A stretch of DNA of 64,000 nt. It comes from an uncultured Collinsella sp. (GTDB lineage: Bacteria; Actinomycetota; Coriobacteriia; Coriobacteriales; Coriobacteriaceae). The position numbers and the translations under genes were made by a program. Under the pieces are notes generated by a model that searched no databases, was not told where the DNA came from, and saw only the letters and a program-made list of their open reading frames with translations. Shown piece by piece: positions 45,776-53,531 of the stretch (its first letter is position 1; each line of letters starts with the position of its first letter). The stretch lies in NCBI GenBank assembly GCA_902469055.1, contig CABRBC010000009.1:16655-80654 (forward strand), read 5' to 3'.

Positions 45776-46023
45776 ATGGCATCACTGTAAGTCGGCAAGG
45801 TTCAAATCTATACGGGAGACGGCAAGGGCAAGACGAAGGCTGCTTTGGGGCGCGAGAGGATATCGAGGAACTGATTGCGATAAAGCCCGCCACCACGGAG
45901 CTCGTGCTCACCGGCCGCGGCCTGTTGCCCCTCGCGGACCTCGCCGACCTGGTCACCGAAATGCGACCCGTCAAACACTACTTCGACGAAGGCCTCCTAG
46001 CCCGTCAGGGCATCGAATACTAA
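45776..46023 (+). pseudogene. cobO: Remnant of a cob(I)yrinic acid a,c-diamide adenosyltransferase (CobO/BtuR-type) gene: premature stop, frameshift and internal deletion
   Basis: ATG-GCA-TCA-CTG-TAA, then in the same frame VGKVQIYTGDGKGKTKAALGRE (CobO P-loop). A frame change after about 25 codons leads into a CobO C-terminus-like ...ELVLTGRGLLPLADLADLVTEMRPVKHYFDEGLLARQGIEY*. About 100 central codons are missing. Confidence 0.6.
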
Positions 46024-46060
46024 TTGATTCGTTTTCCGCCAACACCTACAGCTCATAAGG

Positions 46061-46130
46061 AAGTTGCGGTGGAATAGTACTTGTTTGACGGTCCGCAAGG
46101 GCTTTTCAGGAACTATTTCACCGCAACTTA
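46061..46130. repeat. Small inverted-repeat element, copy B (related to 12322..12393)
   Basis: aagttgcggtggaatagtact ... ggaactatttcaccgcaacttat. It shares aagttgcggtg(a/g)aatag and tatttcaccgcaacttat with copy A. Confidence 0.8.
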
Positions 46131-46152
46131 TCAGGGGTATCCGACGGATGAG

Positions 46153-47535
46153 CTAGGCGGTGGCGCGGCCTAGCCAGTTGCCGCTGTGGTGGTAGATGGT
46201 GAACATGGTTGCGGTGATGAGCCAGGTTACGGGGTAAACCAGCAGTAGATGCTCGAGCGACGGATCGAAAGGCATGATCGCAAACACCCAGATCACCCTC
46301 AAGACAACGGTGCCAAAGATGGTGAGCATCATAGGCTGCAAGCTCACGCCGGCACCGCGAATGGAGCCCGAAGCGTTTTCGATAATCGAGAAGATCGCGT
46401 AAAACGGCGCGATGAAATGAAGAATCGTCGTGGTGTACGCCGAAATCGAAGCATCGTCGACAAACAAACGCGACAGCGGACCCGAGAACACCAGCAGCAC
46501 GGCAGACAGGCCACCAATGAGCATAAACGACAGCACGAGCGACGTATGGTAGCCCTTGCGCATGCGCTCGTAATTGCGCGCGCCAAAGTTCTGCGCCGAG
46601 AACGTAGTGATCGCTACGCCGAGCGCCTCGGTCACCATCCAGATAATGCCATCCAGGCGCCCAGATAGACCCCAAGCAGTCGTGACATCGGCGCCAAACG
46701 AATTAACCGACACCTGGATCAACACGTTCGAGATCGAATAGGCAGCCGATTGAAAACCGAGTGGCAGACCACACGAGATCATACTCTTGCAAATACCGCG
46801 ATCGATGCCGAGCTTAGACAGCGAAAGACGCCATGCACCCGGAGCGCGCATCATGCGAAACACGATCATCGTTGCATTGGAGCAAATGGTCAGCGCCACT
46901 GCGATGCCGCAGCCCAGCGCCTCCATATGCAACACAGCGACAAAGATGATATCCAGCACCACGTTAACCAGGCAGCCAGAGGCAATGATCACGGCGGGCC
47001 CGCGTGTGTCGCCCACGGCACGCAGCAGTGCGGTTCCCATATTAAGCAGCAGTGCCGCAACCATCGCGGCAAAATAACAGCGAGCATAGGCCACGCCCTC
47101 GGCCAATAGTTCATGCGGCGTGTTCATAAGCACCAGCATGGGCTCAACGAACACTATGCCAAGAATCGAGAAAACGATACCGCCCACCAGCGCAAGCGTC
47201 ATGGCCGTATGGACCGAACGACTCAGTCGCTCATCATCGTGCTGGCCAAAAAACTGACCCGTGATAACGGCGCAACCAGCGCCAACGCCAACGCAAAAGC
47301 CAATGCAGAGCTCGGTGAGGACCATCGTGGCTTGAATGCCGCCCAGCGCGAGCTTGCCGCCAAACTGACCGACAATATAAGTACCGATAAGCGTGTAGGC
47401 CTGCTGAAAAAACGAACTAAAAAAGATGGGAACGCACAGCGACAGCAGCTGTTGCCAAATGACACCCTGCGTTACATCGATAGCCGTAGATTTCTTAGCC
47501 ACACGCCCTCCCCGCCAGTGTACGTCAAACAACAA
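46153..47535 (-). CDS. MATE-family efflux transporter
   Basis: 460 aa, 12 TM helices in two 6-TM halves, typical MATE N-terminus (...GVIWQQLLSLCVPIFFSSFFQQAYTLIGTYIVGQ). Confidence 0.85.
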   Translation of the reverse strand: MLFDVHWRGGRVAKKSTAIDVTQGVIWQQLLSLCVPIFFSSFFQQAYTLIGTYIVGQFGGKLALGGIQATMVLTELCIGFCVGVGAGCAVITGQFFGQHDDERLSRSVHTAMTLALVGGIVFSILGIVFVEPMLVLMNTPHELLAEGVAYARCYFAAMVAALLLNMGTALLRAVGDTRGPAVIIASGCLVNVVLDIIFVAVLHMEALGCGIAVALTICSNATMIVFRMMRAPGAWRLSLSKLGIDRGICKSMISCGLPLGFQSAAYSISNVLIQVSVNSFGADVTTAWGLSGRLDGIIWMVTEALGVAITTFSAQNFGARNYERMRKGYHTSLVLSFMLIGGLSAVLLVFSGPLSRLFVDDASISAYTTTILHFIAPFYAIFSIIENASGSIRGAGVSLQPMMLTIFGTVVLRVIWVFAIMPFDPSLEHLLLVYPVTWLITATMFTIYHHSGNWLGRATA

Positions 47536-47627
47536 AACGGCAATTTAAGACCAAAGCCAATACCAGCTTAGCACCGACTGGCGGCGACCGAAACACCCCG
47601 AATCAGAGCCTGGTGCGAAATATCTGC

Positions 47628-48575
47628 CTAGTGATACAAACCCGGCTGGTAGTGATACTCATTGCTCACGTGCGGGCACAGCTGCCAAAAGGCGACGGCG
47701 CTCGCCGCGGCCACGTTAAGCGAATCGACCCCGTGCGCCATCGGAATGCGCACCGCGTGGTCACAGCCGGCAATGGTCTTGGCGACCAAGCCGGCACCCT
47801 CGGTGCCCATAAAAATCGCCAAGCGATCAATCTTCTGCAGTACAGGATCATCAAGCGAAACAGAGTCGTCCGTCAACGCCATAGCGGCACACGAAAAACC
47901 GGCATCGTGCAACGCGCTCAGACCATCATGCGGCCACACACGAGCCTCGCTGCCAATGCGCGTCCACGGCACCTGAAACACGGTGCCCATGCTCACGCGG
48001 GCCGAGCGACGGTACAGCGGGTCGCAGCACGTCGGGCTGACCAAAATACCGTCAACGTTCAATGCGGCAGCCGAGCGGAAAATCGCGCCAACATTGGTGT
48101 GATCAACAATACCCTCAAGCACGCACACGCGCACCGGACGATCCCCCGCCGCCTCGACGACGCCGCCCAAGAACTCATCAACCGGAATCTGACGCGGGCG
48201 ACGGAACGCCGCCAGCGCGCCGCGCGTCACGTTAAAGCCCGTCAACTGCTCCATGAGCTCCATGGAGGCCACGAACACGGGAACCGGACCCGCTCCCTCG
48301 CGCACGACAAGCTGGTCAAACAGCGGCATCATCTGGTCGAGCCAGCGCTCGCCCAGAAGAAAGCTCACCGGCTCATATCCGGCGCGCACGGCACGCTCGA
48401 TGACCTTGGCGCTCTCCGCAATAAAGATGCCCTTTTGCGGCTCCAGCACGCAGCGAAGCTCACGCTCGGTCAGTCGCACGTAGGCATCGAGCCGCTCGTC
48501 CTCGAGCGAATCAATTCGCAGAACCTCAACGGCATCAGTCATAGCAGCCAGCCCGCACCCTTCTTTACAGCACAT
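47628..48575 (-). CDS. TrmH/SpoU-family RNA 2'-O-methyltransferase
   Basis: N-terminal substrate-binding region and SPOUT knot motifs (...VGAIFRSAAALN..., ...FMGTEGAG..., ...HGVDSLNVAAASAV). Confidence 0.8.
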   Translation of the reverse strand: MCCKEGCGLAAMTDAVEVLRIDSLEDERLDAYVRLTERELRCVLEPQKGIFIAESAKVIERAVRAGYEPVSFLLGERWLDQMMPLFDQLVVREGAGPVPVFVASMELMEQLTGFNVTRGALAAFRRPRQIPVDEFLGGVVEAAGDRPVRVCVLEGIVDHTNVGAIFRSAAALNVDGILVSPTCCDPLYRRSARVSMGTVFQVPWTRIGSEARVWPHDGLSALHDAGFSCAAMALTDDSVSLDDPVLQKIDRLAIFMGTEGAGLVAKTIAGCDHAVRIPMAHGVDSLNVAAASAVAFWQLCPHVSNEYHYQPGLYH

Positions 48576-48651
48576 CTATACCAAACGAGGCGACGCTAAG
48601 CGCCGCCCCATGCATTCAATCAACCCGATGATACCGTTCACGCCAGACGAT

Positions 48652-49179
48652 TTACGCCTCGATGCGACGATACGTCACGAACTCATAATTGACGCCCTCG
48701 TCACCCTCACCGGCGGCAATCGTCGCGACCCCGCTACGCTGCGCAATCTCCCACGCGGGATCGGCGTCCAAGTCGGGAAAGTACGTGTCCACGGGATGGA
48801 CGCAGTGGTCATGAGTGACCTCGGCCTCCACGCAGTACGGCAAAAACTGCCGATAGACATCGCCGCCACCGATCACCCAGGCAACGAGCTCATCGGCAAC
48901 CGCAGAGAGCGCTTCGTCAACGCTATGCACCACGTCGACGCCCTCGTGGGTAAAGCCCATATCGCGCGTAAGCACGATATTGCGGCGGTTCTTGAGAGGA
49001 CGCCCGCCGGGAAAACTCAGCAGCGTCTTGCGTCCCATGATAACCGGGCGGCCCTTGGTGCAGGCCACAAAATGGCGCATATCGGCGCGATTGGACACCA
49101 CCATGTCGCCCTCGCACCCAATGCCCCAATCGTCACACACGGCGACGATAGCAGATAGCTTACACGTCATGAGCACCAC
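48652..49179 (-). CDS. folA: Dihydrofolate reductase
   Basis: SAIVAVCDDWGIG...RPVIMGRKT...GGG motifs. GTG start immediately after the thyA stop. Confidence 0.85.
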   Translation of the reverse strand: MVLMTCKLSAIVAVCDDWGIGCEGDMVVSNRADMRHFVACTKGRPVIMGRKTLLSFPGGRPLKNRRNIVLTRDMGFTHEGVDVVHSVDEALSAVADELVAWVIGGGDVYRQFLPYCVEAEVTHDHCVHPVDTYFPDLDADPAWEIAQRSGVATIAAGEGDEGVNYEFVTYRRIEA

Positions 49180-50028
49180 CTACACCGCAATGGGAATGTT
49201 CTTGACCTGCGGGCCGTGCTCATAGCCCTCGACGATCAGGTCATCGGTCGTAAACGCATAGAAGTCATGCACATCGGGGTTGAGCGTTACCTTGGGTGCC
49301 GCAAACTGCGGACGCTCGATAAGCTCGCGGACGATATCGACATGACGATCATAGATATGGGCGTCGGCGATCACGTGCAGCAGCTCACCGGGAATCATAT
49401 CGACCGACTGCGCGACCATCATCAGCAAAATGGCGTACTGGCACACGTTCCAGTTGTTCGCGGCCAAAATGTCCTGGCTGCGCTGGTTGAGAATCATGTT
49501 GAGCGTCGGCTTGTCGTCCTGAGGACGCTGCGTCACGTTATAGGTCACGCTATAGGCGCACGGATAAAGGTGCATCTCGGACAGATCGCTAAACACGTAC
49601 GTATTGGTCATAATGCGGCGACTATACGGCGTGTGCTTAAGGTCGTACAGCACACGGTCCATCTGGTCGAAGTCGCCCTCGACGTAATGGCTCTTCTGAC
49701 CAATCTGATAGCCGTAGGCTTTACCGATGGAACCGGTCTCATCGGCCCACTCATCCCAGATATGGCTGTTGAGATCATGCACGTTATTGGACTTCTTTTG
49801 ATAGATCCACAGAATCTCGTCCATGGCAGACTTAAGCGCCGTACGACGCAGGGTGAGCGCGGGGAACTCCTCGCGCAGATCATAGCGCGCCGTGACACCA
49901 AAGTTTTTAATGGTAAAGGCAGGGGTGCCGTCCTCCCACACCGGACGGACCTTTTGGCCCTCGGTGGTGGTGCCATGGTCCAAGATATCGCGGCACATGG
50001 TTACAAACTGCTGATCAGCTTTGCTCAT
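49180..50028 (-). CDS. thyA: Thymidylate synthase (ThyA)
   Basis: ThyA fold motifs including the catalytic Cys context (...HLYPCAYSVTYNV...). Start MSKADQQ with RBS AGGAGGG (the ORF track is 42 codons longer). Confidence 0.9.
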   Translation of the reverse strand: MSKADQQFVTMCRDILDHGTTTEGQKVRPVWEDGTPAFTIKNFGVTARYDLREEFPALTLRRTALKSAMDEILWIYQKKSNNVHDLNSHIWDEWADETGSIGKAYGYQIGQKSHYVEGDFDQMDRVLYDLKHTPYSRRIMTNTYVFSDLSEMHLYPCAYSVTYNVTQRPQDDKPTLNMILNQRSQDILAANNWNVCQYAILLMMVAQSVDMIPGELLHVIADAHIYDRHVDIVRELIERPQFAAPKVTLNPDVHDFYAFTTDDLIVEGYEHGPQVKNIPIAV

Positions 50029-50165
50029 TGACCCTCCTGTCAGTCGCCTATAAGCGAGATTTATTGTAGCCCAGGCGCGCGAGTGTCGAATTGGACACTT
50101 AGTCCGGCACACGCAATGCACGGCAGCGCGGCTCCGCATGCGGCAACGAGGCATCTTAGCCTTTT

Positions 50166-50232
50166 TCTGACATATGACAGAAATGCCTTGCGCCCAACGA
50201 CTAACGCGTTATCCTATTGTTGACATATGTCA
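50166..50232. promoter_or_regulatory. Pair of palindromic operator-like sites, TGACATATG(T/A)CA, in the divergent thyA / DUF134-gene promoter region
   Basis: tcTGACATATGACAga at 50166-50181 and tTGACATATGTCAga at 50220-50234 are about 40 bp apart. The second is a perfect 12 bp palindrome lying 9-20 nt before the start of the DUF134-NifX gene. Confidence 0.5.
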
Positions 50233-50240
50233 GATAAGGA

Positions 50241-51011
50241 GTGTGCATGGCAGGAAGACGCGAAAAACTGCGCCGCGTCGGGATCATCCCCGAATACCGC
50301 GGCTTTACCCCCGATGGCCTGGCCAGCGGTGATGCCATCGACATGCCCGTCGACGAGCTTGAGGTGCTGCGCCTGTGCGACCTGGAAGGTCTCAACCAAG
50401 AGGCGGTCGCCCAGCAGATGGGCATCGCCCGCGCAACGGTGGCGGCCATTTGCAGCCGCGCGCATCGCAAGGTGGCCGATGCGCTGGTCAACGGACGAGC
50501 GCTCGTCATCGAGGGCGGCAATATCGCGTACTCCCCCATCGCCACGACGACGGCCGCATGGCCAGCAAAGGAGGTCGGCACCATGAGGGTGGCAACGACG
50601 TACGACAACGGCAACATCTTTATGCACTTTGGCCGCAGCGAGCAGTTCAAGATCTACGACATCCAGGATGGCAAGGTGCTCAACGAGCAGGTCGTAGGCA
50701 CCGGTGGCACCGGCCACGGCGCCTTGGCGGGCCTGCTTGCCAACGGTGTCGTTGACACGCTCATTTGCGGCGGTATCGGCGGCGGCGCTATCAACGCGCT
50801 TGCCCAAGCCGGCATCACGGTCTATGCGGGCGCCCAGGGCAGCTGCGATGCCTGCGTCGAGGCCCTCATTGCCGGCACGCTCGCACAGAACGGCGAGGCC
50901 ACCTGCGACTGCCATGGACATGATCACGAGCACATCCACGAGCATGGCGAGTCCTGCGGCTGGCCCCGGCACCACCACCCAGACGGGCACGAAGGCTGCG
51001 GCTGCCACTAG
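50241..51011 (+). CDS. Fusion of DUF134 (UPF0251, predicted sigma-70 region-4-like DNA-binding) with a NifX/NafY-like FeMo-cofactor-binding domain, ending in a His/Cys-rich metal-binding tail
   Basis: N-terminal MAGRREKLRRV...ELEVLRLCDLEGLNQEAVAQQMGIARATVAAICSRAHRKVADALVNGRALVIEGG matches the DUF134 pattern. Residues about 120-220 (MRVATTYDNGNIFMHFGRSEQFKIYD...ICGGIGGGAINALAQAGITVY) match the dinitrogenase FeMo-co (NifX/NifB C-terminal) domain. The C-terminus is CDCHGHDHEHIHEHGESCGWPRHHHPDGHEGCGCH. Confidence 0.75.
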   Translation: MCMAGRREKLRRVGIIPEYRGFTPDGLASGDAIDMPVDELEVLRLCDLEGLNQEAVAQQMGIARATVAAICSRAHRKVADALVNGRALVIEGGNIAYSPIATTTAAWPAKEVGTMRVATTYDNGNIFMHFGRSEQFKIYDIQDGKVLNEQVVGTGGTGHGALAGLLANGVVDTLICGGIGGGAINALAQAGITVYAGAQGSCDACVEALIAGTLAQNGEATCDCHGHDHEHIHEHGESCGWPRHHHPDGHEGCGCH

Positions 51012-51067
51012 CGGCAAGCACCTCGTCGAGAACGCGCTTCCACGCGTGCGACAACCAGCGAACAAAC

Positions 51068-51107
51068 GGCGAAGGCCGCCTGGAATACCATCCAGGCGGC
51101 CTTCGCC
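51068..51107. terminator. Bidirectional terminator hairpin (17 bp perfect stem) between the convergent DUF134-NifX gene and ffh
   Basis: ggcgaaggccgcctgga-atacc-atccaggcggccttcgcc. No canonical U-tract. Confidence 0.45.
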
Positions 51108-51127
51108 ATACACGACTCAACTAGTCG

Positions 51128-52603
51128 TTACTTCTTGTTGCGCATCTGCGCTTCCATCTGGCGCAGCAGGTCCATATCGGACTTGGGGCCGCCCGTTCCC
51201 AGGCCGCCCATGCCGCCCAGCCCCATGGCATCCAGACCGGGAATATTGGGCATGCGCATCTTTTTGCCCTTCTTACCCTTCTTGCCCTTCTTGCCGCCGG
51301 CCTGCGCCTGATTGGCCATCGTGCGCATGCGGCCCATCATCTTGTTCATCTCGCCCCACTGCTTCATAAGGCTATTGACCTCGGTGGGGGTCACGCCGGC
51401 GCCCTTGGCAATGCGGGCACGGCGCTGACCGTTGATGATGGAGGGGCGAAGGCGCTCCTCCTTGGTCATCGACATGATGATGGCCTCGTTCTTGTCGAAG
51501 ATGCCCTCGTCCAGGTTGCCGCCCATCTGGTTGAGCGCACGCTGGCCGCCGGGGAGCATGCCCAGGATGCCCTTCATGCCGCCCATCTTCTTGACGGCCT
51601 TCATCTGGTCGAGCATGTCGTTCATGGTGAAGCCCTCGCGCAGCATTCGCTCGGCAGCCTCGAGCTGCTCGGCGTCGGCCGCCTCCTGGGCCTTCTCGAT
51701 AATGCCGACAACGTCGCCCATGCCAAGAATGCGCTTGGCCATACGATCGGGATAGAACGGCTCCAGCGAATCGGGCTTCTCGCCCATGCTCACGAACTTG
51801 ATGGGCTTGCCGGTCACCTGGCGCACGGAAAGCGCGCCGCCGCCACGGGCATCGCCGTCGAGCTTGGAGATGATCACTCCGTCAAAGTCGGTGCGCTCGG
51901 CAAAGGTCGAGACGACGTTGACGATATCCTGGCCGGTCATGGCATCGACGACCATCAGCACCTGATCGGGCTTGACGGCCTTCTTGATGTCCACGGCCTC
52001 CTGCATCATCTGCTCGTCGATCTGAAGGCGACCGGCGGTATCGACGATGACCACATCGCGCAGGTGGTCAACGGCCTCCTGGATGGCACCCTTGGCAATG
52101 TCGACCGGGTGCGCGCCGTCACCGCGGAAGACTGGCACGCCGATCTCGCCACCGAGCGTGGCCAGCTGGTCGGCAGCGGCGGGACGATAGACGTCGCACG
52201 CGGCGAGCAGCGGCGAGCGGCCCTGCTTCTTGAGCAGGTAGGCCAGCTTTACGGCCGCCGTGGTCTTACCGGAGCCCTGCAGGCCCACGAGCATGATGAC
52301 ATTGGGAATGCGATTGCTAAAGACGAGCTTGCTCTCGGTTGAGCCAAGCATCTCGGTGAGCTCGTCGAGCACGATCTTGACGACGTTTTGCGCCGGCGAC
52401 AGCGACTCCATGACCTCAGCGGTCATGCAGCGCTCCTTGGTCTTGGCGACGAACTCCTTGACGACCTTAAAGTTAACGTCGGCCTCGAGCAGTGCCATGC
52501 GAATATCGCGCATGGCCGAAGTAATATCGGCCTCGGTCAGCTTGCCCTTGCCGCGCAGGCGGTCAAATGTGTCGTTGAGGCGATCGCTCAGGGAATCAAA
52601 CAC
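51128..52603 (-). CDS. ffh: Signal recognition particle protein Ffh
   Basis: N domain, G domain (GLQGSGKTT, DTAGR) and Met-rich M domain with a Lys-rich tail. Confidence 0.9.
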   Translation of the reverse strand: MFDSLSDRLNDTFDRLRGKGKLTEADITSAMRDIRMALLEADVNFKVVKEFVAKTKERCMTAEVMESLSPAQNVVKIVLDELTEMLGSTESKLVFSNRIPNVIMLVGLQGSGKTTAAVKLAYLLKKQGRSPLLAACDVYRPAAADQLATLGGEIGVPVFRGDGAHPVDIAKGAIQEAVDHLRDVVIVDTAGRLQIDEQMMQEAVDIKKAVKPDQVLMVVDAMTGQDIVNVVSTFAERTDFDGVIISKLDGDARGGGALSVRQVTGKPIKFVSMGEKPDSLEPFYPDRMAKRILGMGDVVGIIEKAQEAADAEQLEAAERMLREGFTMNDMLDQMKAVKKMGGMKGILGMLPGGQRALNQMGGNLDEGIFDKNEAIIMSMTKEERLRPSIINGQRRARIAKGAGVTPTEVNSLMKQWGEMNKMMGRMRTMANQAQAGGKKGKKGKKGKKMRMPNIPGLDAMGLGGMGGLGTGGPKSDMDLLRQMEAQMRNKK

Positions 52604-52613
52604 TAGTCACTCC

Positions 52614-53531
52614 TTAATTGGACTCGCCCACCAGGGCGCGGCAGAAATCTTTGGCATTGAACTCCTGCAGGTCATCGACCTGCTCGCCCACGCCCACGCG
52701 CAGGATCGGGAGCTTGAGTTTCTCGGCCACGGCCATGGCGATACCGCCCTTAGCCGTGCCGTCGAGCTTAGTCATGATAATACCGTCCAGGCCCAGCGCC
52801 TCGTTAAACTCGAGCGCCTGGTTCAGACCGTTTTGACCCGTCGCGGCGTCGATCACAAGCACGACCGAAACCGGCATGGGACCGGCGGCCATATTGGCGG
52901 CGCGCTTACGGGTCACATTGACCACCTTGGCAAGCTCGCGCATGAGCTCAGGGCTCGTGTGCAGACGGCCGGCGGTATCGATAAGCACCAGGTCGCTGCC
53001 GCGCTTGTCGGCCTCGTCGAGCACGTCGTAGCAAACACTTGCCGGGTCGGAGCCGCGGTCGCGCTTGATGACGGGGACGCCAGCGCGCTGGCCCCACACA
53101 TCGAGCTGCTCGATAGCGGCAGCACGGAAGGTATCGGCCGAACCGATCACGACGTTCTTGCCGCGGGCGGCCATGGCGCTCGCGATCTTACCGACCGTCG
53201 TGGTCTTGCCGGCACCGTTAATGCCCACAAACAGCACGCAGCTCGGCGTATCGGAAAACGGATCGCGCTCGATGGGCACAAAGTGCTGCTCGAGCTGCTC
53301 GGCCAGGGCACGGCGAAGCTGCGGAGCGGTCTTGAGGTTCTTCTTGGCCGCGGCATCGCGCAGGTCATCGGAGACCTTGATAGCGACCTCGGCGCCCATG
53401 TCACCCATGACGAGGGTGTCCTCCAGGTCCTCCCAAAAATCCTCGTCGACCTCGCCGCCAAAGTAGAAGACCTCGTTGAGGGCCTCGCGGCTGCGCTCAA
53501 GTCCGCGCGAGAGAGCATCGAAGAATCCCAT
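52614..53531 (-). CDS. ftsY: SRP receptor FtsY
   Basis: NG domain: GINGAGKTT, DTAGR, GVGEQ... 305 aa. Confidence 0.9.
   Translation of the reverse strand: MGFFDALSRGLERSREALNEVFYFGGEVDEDFWEDLEDTLVMGDMGAEVAIKVSDDLRDAAAKKNLKTAPQLRRALAEQLEQHFVPIERDPFSDTPSCVLFVGINGAGKTTTVGKIASAMAARGKNVVIGSADTFRAAAIEQLDVWGQRAGVPVIKRDRGSDPASVCYDVLDEADKRGSDLVLIDTAGRLHTSPELMRELAKVVNVTRKRAANMAAGPMPVSVVLVIDAATGQNGLNQALEFNEALGLDGIIMTKLDGTAKGGIAMAVAEKLKLPILRVGVGEQVDDLQEFNAKDFCRALVGESN

Noticed and set aside
45700-45800. Possible cobalamin riboswitch upstream of the cobO remnant (GGCAUCACUG resembles a B12-box)
   Set aside because: The resembling bases are the first codons of the cobO reading frame itself (ATG GCA TCA CTG). 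No GGUG/AAUCC or other riboswitch core elements were found upstream.
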